Source of the DNA: Felis catus
Lineage: Eukaryota
DNA length: 64,000 nt
Reading direction: 5' to 3'
NCBI RefSeq assembly: GCF_018350175.1
Contig: NC_058368.1
Coordinates: 5,952,001-6,016,000 of the forward strand
Shown: one piece after another, positions 40,601-54,400 of the stretch
How positions within the stretch are numbered: position 1 is the first letter of the stretch
Layout of the letters: each line of letters opens with the position of its first letter
Notes under the pieces: model-generated
What the model was told of the DNA's origin: nothing
Seen by the model: only the letters and a program-made list of their open reading frames with translations
Database searches by the model: none
Position numbers and translations under genes: made by a program

Positions 40601-43600
40601 ATTTCACAGAAATTTACTGAAAAATATACAGAAGGTATTCAGGAGACATATACAGACTGCTTTCTATAGGTCTTTCTGAAAACTTACATCTCAATCTTAT
40701 GTATTAAATTTATATGTTGAGTTACAACTGAAAAGAACTAAACAAATTGATTTGTCAGATTAATTAAGCACAAATATGTATACTGAGAGACAAAATTAAA
40801 TAATTTTAAGTTAAAATTTTATATTCATTTTTCCTAAAAGGGAACACACGTGTAACTCAGAACGTTCGTAGTTAAATCTAGATTTCTAAATTCCATCAAC
40901 CTAAAGGTCAAGTTTAATTCAGTATCATATCAATTCAAATCCTTATCACCTTGAGTTTACTAACTTTCCCTTATTTGCCATGATTACACTTTTATACTTA
41001 CTATGCTACCTTATGGTCATAAATCATTCTTTTAGGAATACTAGAGGCAGATATTATTAGGACCGTTTTTCTGGACAGAGAAGTTGAGAAAAGATCTCTA
41101 GTGCTTTGCTAAATGTATTAATTACTGAAAATGCAATTATAGTTTAATTACCCAATACCTTTCTCTTCTTTTAGACTAGAATATCTTGGGCAGAGTGATA
41201 TAGTCCAGAGCCAATAACAGATTTTTATTCCAAATAAGCCAGTAACTTCCTCTGTGCTTTTTGGTAAATACACAGAATCTATTTCACTTTCATAAAACAA
41301 GGGGCTGGGCTAGAAAACAATAGAGTTCTGCTTCTAAATATAAAAATTATTTCTTTTACTTAAAAAATTAATTACTGAGTTCCTATTATGAAAAGGCATG
41401 GTTCTTGGAGTTAAAGATACAATGATTCCTGTCCTCAAAAATTCACAATCTAGCTGGAAGGATGGGGCAAACAATGATTATAAAACATGGAAATGGAATG
41501 ATATCTATTAAGAACATCATTATAGAAGCCAAAGAGGCCTCCTAACTAAGAGAGGGAGATAAGATATAGGAAATGCTGCTGGAGAAGGTAATCCCTCATC
41601 TTGGACTGAAATGAGAAGAGACAGGTATCCCGTCACGAAGAGACCAGAGGTGCATTGAGGCAGAAGGAACTGTAGACAAAAGGCCTAGAGATGCTGAAGC
41701 AACTGGTGGATGGAAGGATCACGCAAGAGAACGAAAGTCAGTCTTCTGTGAATACAGACTAAGGATCAGATGATGGAGATAGGACCAGATATAAAGGTCC
41801 TGATGTGCCATGCTAATAGCCAGAGGATAAATAATTTCGGTTTTGCAAGACATACAGTCCCAGTTCCAACTACTCAACTCTGCTGTTGTAGCATTGAAAG
41901 TAATCACATGTAAGGGCATCTGGGTGGCTCAGTCAGTGAAGCATCTGACTTCGGCCCAGATCATGATCTCACGGTTCGTGGGCTCGAGCCCCCCGTCAGG
42001 CTCTCTGCTGACAGCTCACAGCCTGGAACCTGCTTTGGATTCTGTGTCTCCCTCTCTCTCTGCCCTTCCCCGACTCATGACCTGTCTCTCAAAAATAAAC
42101 ATACATTACGGGCGCCTGGGTGGCTTAGTCAGGTAAGCATCCGAATTTCGCTCAGGTCATGATCTCACAGTTTGTAGGTTCGAGCCCCACATCGGGCTCT
42201 GTGCTGACAGCTCAGAGCCTGGAGCCTGCTTTGGAATCTGTGTTTCCTTCTCTCTCTGCCCCTCCCCTGCTCATGCTGTGTTTCTCTCTGTCTCTCAAAA
42301 ATAAATGTTAAAAAATAAAATAAATAAATAAGCATTAAAAATTTTTTTAAAAAAGAAAGCAATCACATGTAATACATAAACAAATAAAGATGGCTGTGTT
42401 CTGATAAAACTTTATTTACAAAAACTAACAATGGGCCATCAGGCAGTGGTCCACCAAGCCATTGTAAACAACAGGATACAGTGAAGCTACTGCATGCATT
42501 CATAACTACTTTTTACATACATCTTTCTGGAAACTGTATAAAGAATGAATGTGAGTGGAACTTGACTGAGGGCTGGGCAAACAGTTGGAGAACTGTGGCA
42601 GTAGTTCAGGGATGAAAACGAGAGTGTGCACAGACAAAATATTGAAAAGGTGGAATCAATAAGACTTTGGAACTGATTGGAGGATGAAGGCCATGGCGAT
42701 AGGAGTGGGGAAAAGAGGAGGAAGCGAGGAGGGGTGAGAGTGACATTCATGTTTCCAGCTTGGATGATGGTTGGATAGCAATACCTACAATTTACATGGA
42801 GAATACTGAAAAAAGACACTCATTTGGGGAAAAAAACTTGAATTTAGTTTTGTACATGATGTAAGAAGTCTACAAGATATCTGGAAAGCAATCTCCAGGC
42901 ATCATTGAGTTAATAATTCATAGAGGTATCTGGGCTGGAGGCAAGCAGGTAGAAGAGAAATCAACTAACGGATGACAACTGAAATTATTAAAGCAAGTGA
43001 GCTCTCTTAGGATTTTCTTGGATAAAACAATCCCTAAGAAGCTGGTGAAGGCCATCCTACAGGAAAAAACATGCACACATAAATATATGACTAAAAGTTT
43101 CACAAAATTTTCAGGATTTATGGACTCAAGTTGAGGCATTCCTGGTGAAGACAGGATCCTGCAAAACACCAGCATGTAAGAGACGGATCAAGGTTTTCAT
43201 GAATCAAGTAAGGAACAGATGATTTGTTTGCTTGTTTGTTTTTAATCAGAAGAGGGTGGGACGCTTGGGTGGCTCAGTCTGTTAATCCTCCGACTCTTGG
43301 TTTCGGTTCAGGTCATGATCTCACGGTTCATGAGTTCAAGTCCTGCATCGGGCTCTGTGCTGACAGTGCAGAGCCTGCTTGAGATTCTCTCTCTCCCTCT
43401 CTCTCTCTGTCCCTTCCCCACTTGCTCTCTCTGTCTCTCAAAATAAATAAATAAACTTTAATAAAAAATAAAATAAAACTCAGAAGAGGGTGGCAGAAAT
43501 CCAATTAAATTCCACTTAAATAAACATTGGGTTTGGCAATTAGGACTTGCCTTGAGCCACAATTCCAGTAGACTGGTTGAAATGGCTAGCAGATGGGAAG

Positions 43601-46600
43601 GGACCAGGAGGTAAGAAAATAGAAACAGTGAGGGTTGTGTCTCCTTCAAGAAGTCTGACGAAGAAGGCAAGAAAAGGTCATTTGTAGGGTATGCAAAATT
43701 TGACATTTTATCAACACCAAAATGTCAGTGACTTCTGTAAGAATTTATGTCTGTGTCAAAATAATATAATATTCACAGTCTTGGGCTAGGATAAATTAAA
43801 CAAGCACATTTAAGTTGAGATTAATTTTTTGAAATCACTGAAAATCTAAAAGCTTGAGCTAAAAACCATACAAGTAACATTTAGAAACCAAGATTGCATA
43901 GGAATGAATCCATAGTTTTCTGATACAATCTACAAAGTCTGTATCTTGGCTTCTTTAAGATGTTCCCAGACAGATCTGCTCAAGGGAAGTTAGAACAATT
44001 TAAAATCCTCAGTTGATAGATGAGGAAAGTAGAAAGATATGTGACGGTTAATTGTGAAAACATGGAAAGACATAAGCAAAAAAAAAAAAAAAAAAAAAAA
44101 AAAAGACTGAACTTTTAATGGCCAAGTATCAGTTTACATCTTTTACCAACCTTCTGGTCCCCTTCAGGGACCCTTGTCTTCATTTGGGGGGCATCATTCC
44201 TTGTATACAGAGCACTGTACTAACCCCATAAGGTAGGTATTATCCCCATTTTCAAATGAGGGAAGCATTGCTCAGAGAAGTAAAAAGCCTTGCCCCAGTT
44301 CTCCTGGTGACTAAGTGACAAAGCCAAGGACAGAGGCCCTGTGTGTCTGCCTCACTGTCTCATTCCTCTGCCTTGACCCATCTTCTCTCCTTTATTCTGG
44401 AATGCCAAGATTATGTGGCACTGGCAGAACAATCTTAAGAAGGAAACACTCTGTTTCTAAAACTCACTAATCCTCAGTGTCTCAAAAAACCAAAACAAAC
44501 AACAGAAACTGTTCTAACTGTTCTACCAGTCAGAACAAGGGCCTTCCCTTTCAAATAAAAACATGGAAACAAGTGTTTAAAGTCACTTCAAAGCGTTACC
44601 ACTCTTCAAATGGTAGCTTGTCGACACCCTCGGACACTTACCCTTCGTCCCGATGTACCAAATGTCTCCTCCATGCCCTTCCTTCCAGAGTATGGCTCCC
44701 ACACAGCTCACCAAGGACATGGCCAGAAGCAGCAGGAACAACACCAGGATCTGCACGTTGGTCACCTTCTCAACAGTCGATCTCTTGAGAGGCAATTGGA
44801 TGGAATTCTGCACCATAGCGAATGCATACACACCAAAGAGAATGAAAAACAATCAAAGGAATTATAATGCATGAATATTTTTATGGTAAGAGGAGGTCAA
44901 AAATCCCAACAGTTGAAAAGGAGAATATGGTTTTTGCCAAGTAAGTACCAACACTGAAAGCACCATGTTGTTGAATGATGTGGCTTTCCCACTTCAGTCC
45001 TTGAAGCATCTTCTACTTATTCACAGAGAACATATTCACACAGCGGACCTACCACCCCACAGTTCTAGGGTTTTTAAAAAAAGCAAATGTGGGAAATCAC
45101 ACAGTCTAGGTGATCTTCTGTACAGATAAAAGAAAAAAAAAGACTGTACTAATTTATTGGCTTTACTATTTATAGTTATTGAATTATTTCTGGTTTGAAA
45201 ACCATGGAAAGATACCTTTTATCTGAGTCTGTTGGGGAAATATTCAAGATTTTACCAGTACAGGGACACCTGGGTAGCTCAGTCGGTTAAGGGTCCAACT
45301 TCAGCTCAGGTCGTGCATGATCTTGCAGTTTTCACGGGTTTGAGCCCCGCATCAGGGTTTGTGCTGACAGCTCAGAGCCTGGAGGCTGCTTCAGATTCTG
45401 TGTCTCCCTCTTTCTCTGTCCCTCCCCACTCGTGCTCTCTCTCTCTCTCAAAAATAAACATTAAAAAAAATTTTTTTAAAGATTTTACCAGTACAATAAT
45501 TATTCTAACACATGCTTATTTTAGGGACACCAAAGCTCTGGGTTAGGGATACAGGAGAGCTTCAAGTAATAACTTTCTGTTAGCATTTCAAATTTACCCA
45601 TAAATTTCTGATAATTGTCTGCATAGGTCTATTAAAATATTGACAAATAAATGTATATTTAACTTTCTTATATATAACACGTATAATTAGCAAGCATATA
45701 AACAGATATAGGTATTTAACTTTTCAACCATACTTTGCCAGATTAAATTTACCATTTCTACATATTTTTTTAAGTAGGTTTCACACCCAGTGCAGAGCCC
45801 AACATAGGGCTTGAACTCACAACCCCGAGATCAAGACCTGAGCTCAGATCACTAGTCAGACTCTTAAATGACTGAGCCACACTGGTGCCCCTACATTTTT
45901 TTAAGTGTGGAAGCATAAATCCTCAAAGTCTATTAGTAATGAAAATATGAGTTAGTAATCTAAATTACTCAGCTTTTTTACAAAGCACAGGAATAAAAAT
46001 TGAAATCCTAGTTTTAACTGCATTAAGCATATTATTAGAGAACGTCCGTGCATATATGTTTACGTACTATAATTTATATAATATATACATTTATGTATAA
46101 TATCTCCAAAGCAATCATGTCATTCCTTCTCTTTTTTTAACTGGTATAAGTAATGTCTTCAAATGCTATATAATATAGAATAGTTTTCAGCTAAGCGTGT
46201 TGTGCTTAAAACCTCTCAGTAAGGAAATATTTACATTTACTAGTTCTTTCTTTCCTGAAGTTATGAAAAGGCCCACTTTGAGATTTTTGTTATTCTGAAA
46301 TGACCCAATCAGCATGTATAATAAGCAATGATTTATACCCACAAAATAATGTGGAATAGTAGGATGCACCTTCTCATGAGCTGCTGCACAGACTAGCCAC
46401 ACAGGGGAGATAATGGGACATGCTCCTTAAATCAACAGTAGGCATTTAAATTTGAGATTGAATGTTGTATCACCAGCTATACAATTAAGTGATAACAGCA
46501 AGATCATTTGAAGACAACTGAAGTCAGAAGGGTGTAGCGTTTGAGAGTTGTGCGTTTTACAGTTGAATCACAGGTCACGATTATGTGGGTCTATGTTGCC

Positions 46601-48428
46601 CTTGGTTCACTGTCCAGATACAAACTTCTATTTGTGGGTAGACCGTGTCTATATCGCCATCTTCGTCCGGGATTTTTAGTATACAGAGTGTAAGGAACAC
46701 TTACACATTAACGCACTACTGCAGGGTACAATCCCAGGGCAGGAAGAATAAGAGGAAAAAGAAAAGTGAGACAAGAAATCAGGAAGCAAAGAGAGAGTGG
46801 AATGTTACTGACCAGTCATAGCTTTGCAAGAAAATGTACCTAGGGCCCCAGTCACAAGGGCCCCAACTTTCCTCGGACTAGTCTGTCACCATTCCATGCC
46901 TTCTTTCTCTGCCATTTACCCTACAGTCACACTGAGCAGCGCTCCCCAAATGGCCCTTGGACACATGCAAGTCTTGGTCTAGCGCTCTCCCACCTACCGC
47001 GCCTTCATTCTGAACCTCCCCACACCCTTGAAACTTTCATCTGCTCTACTCAGCTTTCAGGTCTCGGTTTACTTACATCGTTCTTCCCCACAACAGCCTC
47101 AATGTCAGGTTGGATGGAGCTCCTATATAAACACACAGCGTCCTACACTTAACCTGCCTTAGTGACCTCTGGCTATTACGTTACCTTGATTGTCTTCCTT
47201 CACAGACCGCAGGTAAGTCGAGGGCAGGAAACAGGCCTTGTGCCCTACTATACCCTACGGTCTTAGCACAGTGTCTGGCATTACACAGGTGCCAAAGGGA
47301 TACTTGTGTAAGCAACAGTCAAAGCCAAATGTTGTATTTTAGCAGATGGAATAACGGGTGGACTTACTGTCAAAGTATTAAGGATAAGAAATGTGCAAAA
47401 CATTCCTGGTCCAAAACAAGTGTTTTGAAGGATGTCCTGAAGGGACAAACTGAAGGGTTCTCGAAAGACAGTGATTGGGAAGAATGGCAAACACAGAACT
47501 TCCAATGTCATTTTGGCCAAAATAATCTTACCACTAATGGGAGCCATGTAGATTAAAATGAAATATGGACCTCCCTTCAAACTTCAGGTTAGTAAACAGA
47601 AATGAGCCTCCTAAATTCAAGAGACATATGATGCTAATCCCCCTCACCTCATAAAAAAGGGAAAAATCTAGAGGCAATACAGTCATCACAAATTATTTTA
47701 CCTGCATGAATTTGGTTTCAGATCCAGTGTAAACAACTATGCCAAGGATCCACCGGGTATTTTTAAGTTGTGTACCTCTTAGCAAGACCTGATCAGGCCC
47801 TACTGCAACAGGGCTAAAAGTAAAGAGCATGTATACATTACCAAAAAGTTTTTTCTTTTCTTTTCACAAAGTGAAGCAAGCCTAGGCTTTCATCTTATAC
47901 ATATTTCTTTTTTGTCGAGTTCAACTTTGGGGGGAAACAGCAACAAAAACAAATGTGTCTTCATACAAGGAGCATGGGGAAAAAATGGTTTTATCATCCA
48001 TTTCTCACTAACCTAAAGGTAAGTTGATTAAAAGTTCTAGAGAAATAATACCTCTCATACCTAGGGTGACTATGAAACTTAATGTCAAGGAAGACTGGGC
48101 AGAGGAATAAATACTTGTGTATTACCAATTTGGTTTTCTATAGAAAAGATTACATGGGGTCATTCAGAGCACACAAAGCAACCTTGGTTTGCCATATTTT
48201 CCTGTCCTCCTCCCCTCTGGCACTGGGCTGACTCACTCACTATATAAAAAAATGCTTCCCGGGCACCTGGGTGACTCAGTCAGTTGAGCATCAGGCTTAG
48301 GCTCAGGACATGATCTCACGGTTCCTGAGTTTGAGCCCCGCGTTGGATTCTGTGCTGACAGCTCAGAGCCTGGAGCCTGCTTCGGATTCTGTGTCTCCCT
48401 CTCTCTGTCCCTCCCCGACTTGTGTTTG

Positions 48429-48468
<40 letters not shown>

Positions 48469-51400
48469 AATAAATAAACATGAAAAACAATGCTTCCATA
48501 AAAGTCTTAAGTGGAAGCTAAGCAGAAGTGGAGCAGAAATTAGGGAAAATCCTTCATCATTATCAAACTGAATTCCTAGTGGCTTCTCTTCTCGGATGAC
48601 TTTCGAAACTTTGTTCTTCCCGCTAACTTAGCCCAAGGGATGTGCCAAGTACTTCTATGCAAAGGGAACTTAGACCTGACTTCTCTAGCCCATCTACAGG
48701 TATACCAATTTTAAAAATGCCATATAGGGGTGCCTGGGTGGCTCAGTCGGTTGAGCAACCGACTTCGGCTCAGGTCATGATCTCACGGTTTGTGAGTTTG
48801 AGCCCTGCGTCAGGCTCTGTGCTGATGGCTCAGAGCCTGGAGCCTGCTTTGGATTCTGTGTGTGTCTCTCTCTCTGTCCCTCTCCCACTCATGCTCTGTC
48901 TGTCTCTGTGTCAGAAATAAATAAACGTTAAAAAAATTTTTTTAAACGCCATACATTTTCCTCCCATATTTAAGAACCTTTTTAACAGTATATTGATGCC
49001 TCCGGTATTTCAAAATCAAGTAAAAAAATGAAAAAACTATTAAACTGAGAGAACAAAAATGGTCATATTTTATGTTCCATTAAAAAAAATGTTCAATAAG
49101 AGAAAAACGATACCTTTTACCATTTAGATACAAGGTTCCAATGAAGGTATTGAAATGACGATTAGGTCCTTCACATTCTATTTTTCCAGAGAGGCTTGAC
49201 AATTGTTCTGTTTGCATTTCAGCTGTTTCTAACAAAGCCTGTAAAATAAAATCAAAGTAAAATTAATATAAAACTTTAATGGCAAAGTTCAGTGTCCTAG
49301 TAGTTAATAAAATTATGAAAATGAGGGTCCAAAATGTATTGCACTTACCAGACAACAAATAAGGTACCTCAAACTTTAACATAAAGTTCGTTAGAAAATT
49401 TTGCCATACGAGTATTTTGCAAATATTTTTAATAAGGTTCAGAGGTAGTAGGAAAGTCAAATTTTCATCATCTCTACATGAAAATAACATTTTTGAAAGT
49501 GTAGTGACTTTAACTAAACATCATGGCATGTTTGATACATTTATAGCTGTAGCTGATGAGGCTGATATCTGGACCACACTTAGAGTGGCAAGGATCTAGA
49601 ATAATGGCTCCAAACTTTTACATACATCAGATGCACCTGCAAGTCTTGTTGAAACACAGATTGCTGAGATTCACCCCCAGGGGGTCTTTTTGTTTGTTTG
49701 TTTTTATTCAGTAGGTCTGAGGTGGAGAGCTAGGATTTGCATTTCCCAAAGGATGCTGATGATGCTGGTCTAGAGAGCATGCCCGGAGAAACACCGATCT
49801 AGAGAATGTCTCATTGCAATAAGCAGACCTCAACTTTACAGAGAGGAAAAGAAGATCATCTTCAGGAGAACAAGAATCAAATTGCCATCTGTCTTTTTTT
49901 AACAGCAATATGAGACACAGGAAGAGAGTGAATTTTTATTTTTAATTATCTAAATAAAAGACCTTTAAATTCAGAATGTTGTATCTTTCCAAATATCAAA
50001 CAAATGTGAAAGTTTAACACAAATATTCTCAGGCACGCAAATGTCTTAGAAGTTTTGACGCTCAGAAACCTACATCGAAACAGTTTGGGATGCACTTCTG
50101 TTAAAAAAAAAGATGCCTTAACAAAAATATGAGAGCACGTTACCAACTGGGAGAAGGCTTTGATGACACGTATAACTGACAAAGAATTGGTATAAAAAAT
50201 ATGGAGGAACCCAAGTGGCTCAGTCAGTGGAGCATCCAGCTTCAGCTCAGGTCATGATCTCACAGTTCCTGAGTTCAAGCCCCACATCGGACTCGCTGTC
50301 AGTGCAGAGGCTGCTTCAGATCCTCTCTCTCCTTCTCTCTGCTCCTCCCCTGCTCATGCTCTCTCTCAAAAATAAATAAAACATTTAAAAATTTTTAAAT
50401 ATTTAAATTTTTTTTTCAACGTTTATTTATTTTTGGGACAGAGAGAGACAGAGCATGAACAGGGGACGGGCAGAGAGAGAGGGAGACACAATCAGAAACA
50501 GGCTCCAGGCTCTGAGCCATCAGTCCAGAGCCTGACGTGGGGCTCGAACTCACGGACCGCGAGATCGTGACCTGGCTGAAGTCGGACGCTTAACCGACTG
50601 CGCCACCCAGGCGCCCCTTAAAAAAAAATTTTTAAATATTTAAAGAAGTCCTATAAACCAATAAAAAGTACAAATATCCCAATAGAAAGATGAATAAACA
50701 ACATGAACAAATATTTCTCAGAAAAAGAAAATATGTATCACCAATAAGCTCAAAAGCAGATGCTCAAGAATGATATATTAATGAATTTAAAAAGAAAAAG
50801 TAGGGGTGCCTGGATGGCTCAGTCGGTTAAGTGTCTGACTTTGGCTCATGTCATGATCTCACGGTTCATGGGTTCAAGCCCCGCATCAGCTCTGTGCTGA
50901 CAGCTCAGAGCCTGGAGCCTGCTTCGGATTCTGTGTCTCCCTCTCTCTCTCTCTGCCCTTCCCCCATTCATGCTCGGTCTCTTTCTCTCAAAAATAAACA
51001 AACATTAAAAGACATTAAAAAGAAAAAAATTGTATCGGGGCGCCTGGGTGGCGCAGTCGGTTAAGCGTCCGACTTCAGCCAGGTCACGATCTCGCAGTCC
51101 GTGAGTTCGAGCCCCGCGTCAGGCTCTGGGCTGATGGCTCAGAGCCTGGAGCCTGTTTCCGATTCTGTGTCTCCCTCTCTCTCTGCCCCTCCCCCGTTCA
51201 TGCTCTGTCTCTCTCTGTCCCAAAAATAAATAAAAAACGTTGAAAAAAAAATTTTAAAAAAATCAAAAAAGAAGAAAAAAATTGTATCAATTGAGGCTGA
51301 GAAAATTAGTAAAAAGTTTAATATGCACTCTAGAAAAATAAAATTCTTAGCAAAACTTTGCAAGGTTGGTGGTTATTTACCAGAATGAAATGCAACTACC

Positions 51401-54400
51401 CACACTTAACTATAAAATGTTAAAGCATTTCCATGTTAGTCAGGAATAAGAAGAGACTGGGTTCTAGCAGAGTTTCTGGGTATTGCCATAAGATGGGGGG
51501 GTGGGACGGTAAGAAATTAGGTATGATTATTGGAAAGTAAACAACAAAAATAACCTAATTTCTAAAGAAAGAATTTATCACCCACAAAATCCTATCTGCT
51601 TGACCTAAAAATTGTAGAAATGTGGAGGAATACTTAGTAAGGTGTTTGGATTTAAGATCAATAAACAAAAATAACTGTAGGTATATCATAACTAAGCCCT
51701 TACCCATAGAGAGCAACTGTCTAGTAAAGCCTCTATAGGCAACTCTATAAAGGTTTTTGTGTGAACATAGGTTTCTACCTCTCTGGAATAGTGCAATTAC
51801 TGGGTCATATAATAGTTGTGTGTTCAATTTTACACAAAACTGCCAAAATGTTTTCCCAAGTGGCTATGCCATTTTATATTCCCACCTGCAATGTATGAAT
51901 AATCCAGATTCTCCACATCCTCACCTGCATCTGGTGTTGGAACTATTTTAAATTTTGACCATTCTGACAGGTGTGTGGTGATACTTCGACTCTGATTTTA
52001 ATTTGCATTTCCCTAATGGTTAATGATGTAGAAAATGTCTTCATGTGCTTTATTTTCCATTTTTATATCTTGTTCTATGAAATGTCTCTGTCTCTTTTGC
52101 CCATTTTCTAAGTGAATTGGTTTGGAGGTTTTGTTTCCTTGTTTTTGTGTGTTTGTTTTGTTTTTTTTTATGTAGAGTTTTGAGAGTTCTCTATATATTC
52201 CAGATACCAGTCCTTTATCAGACATGTGGTTTGCAAATATTTTCTCCTAGTTTTCAGCTTGTCTCTTCATCTTCAAAAGCAAAAGCTGTTCATTTTGATG
52301 AGGTCCAATTTATCAATTTTCCCTTTTATGGATCACATTTTTTGTATTGATTCTGAGAAATCTTGGCCTACTACAGATCCTAAAGATTTTTTTTTCCAAT
52401 TCTTTCCCCTAAAAGTTGTATCGTTTTACATTTTACATTTAAGTCATGATAAATTATTAATTAATTTTTGTATAAAGTGTGACTTAGGTCAAAGGTTTAT
52501 TTGAGGTTATTGTTTTGTTTTGTTTTGCCTGTGGATGTACAAATGCTCCAGAACCATTTGTTGAAAATGTTACCTTTTCTCCAAAGAATTGCTTTTGCAC
52601 CTTTGACAAAATCGTTTGGGCATATTTGTATGGATCTATTTCTGGGTTTTCTATTCTGTTGCACTGAGCTATGTGTCTATCCCTTTACCAAAACCACACA
52701 CTCTTGATTACTGTTGTAGAATGTCTTGAAATCTCATTCTTTCCATTTTATGCTGCTTTCTCGAAATTAATGTTTTAGTTATTATAGTTCATTTGCCTTT
52801 CTGTAAATATTTCAGGATAACCTCATCCATATCTACAAAAGATCTTGCTGGGATTTTCCTACGAGTTCCATTAAACTGGTATGTCAATTTGGGGAGAATC
52901 AGTATCTGTGTTGAGCCGTCCAATCCATGAACACTGTTTATCTCTCCATTTATCTAGATCTTCTTTAATTTCTTTCATCAACATTGTAATGAAATTTTCA
53001 GCATACAGATCCTGTCTATATTGTTAGATTTATACCTAATTCACATTTTGAGTGCTTATAAATGGTATTGTATTTTTAAATTTCAGGGTCCACAGGTTTA
53101 TTGCCACTATACAGAAATGAAAGTGTTTTGTGTTTATCTGGTATCCTGCATCCTTGCCAAAAACACATTATTTCATTTTATTTTAGATTCCTTGGAAATC
53201 TAGGTAGACTTTTTTTTATGTAGACAACTACGTCAAAATCAAATACAGTCTTATTACTTCCCTTCCAATATGTATGCCTCTTTACTGCACTTTCTACTGC
53301 TTCCAGTGCTACGTGAGTAAGAGTAATGTCAGCAGATATCCTTGCCTTGTTCCCATCTGGGGTGGGGGTGGGGGGAATGCATTTAGTCTTTTACCACTTA
53401 CATTTCATTACATATATTTTAATAGTAGCTCTAAGTTTTTGTAGATGTTCTGTACCAAGTTGAGAATGTTCCCCTCTATTCCTACACTTCCCTCATTTTT
53501 CTCATTGACATTCAATTTTGTCAGATGCTTTTCCTGCACTTATTGATATTACCATGTGATTTTTCTTCTTTAACCTAAAATGGTGGATTACATGGATGGA
53601 TTTCCAATTATTAAATGCACCTTGAATATGTGGAATAAACCTTTATATTTCTTTTCCTAGACTTCTGAATTCTATTTACTAGTACTTTTAAAGAATTTTG
53701 GTGTCTGTACCCTTGAGGGATATTGAAACATTTTTTTTTCCCACTGTCTTTGTCTGGTTTGGGTATCAGGGTAATAATAACAGCTTCACAAAATGAATTG
53801 GGAAGTGTTTCCTCCTTTTCTGTTTTCTGGAGGAGACTATATATAATTGATGTTCATTTTTCATTGCATGTTTGTTAGGATATTCCACTGAAACCACCAG
53901 GGCCTTGAGATTTCTTTTGGGGGCATTTTTAAATTATGAATTCAATTTCCTTAGAAGTTATCAGGCTATTCAATTTATCTTTTTAAGTGTTTGTAGGTTT
54001 TTCTGTTATGTTTGCCACAATTTCTAGCTTTATTCTCCCATGGGTGGAGAACACGTTCTCCGTGGCTTCAATTTTTTTCATTTTTATGAGGCTTGTTTGA
54101 TGACACAGGTATTCTGTATCGTGGTGTACGTTCTTTGAGCACCAAAAAGAGTATGTCTTTCTTTTGTTGGGTATTGTTGAATGCTGTATAAATATCAAAT
54201 AGATCCTGTTGGTTGATGGCATTTAGTTCTGTATCTTTGAGAATTCTCTGTCTGGTTGTTCTGTCAATTAATGAGACAGGATTGCTGAAGTCTCCTACTA
54301 AAAATGTGGATATGCATATTTATCCTTTAAGTTCTAGCAATTTTAGCTTCACATATTTGCAGCTCTGTATTTTGATGCATACACATTAACACTGCTATGT

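Noticed and set aside
49100..49113. Donor GTATCGTTT resembling the U12 consensus GTATCCTTT
   Set aside because: Mismatch at +6 and no TCCTTAAC-like branch site before the 47813 acceptor.
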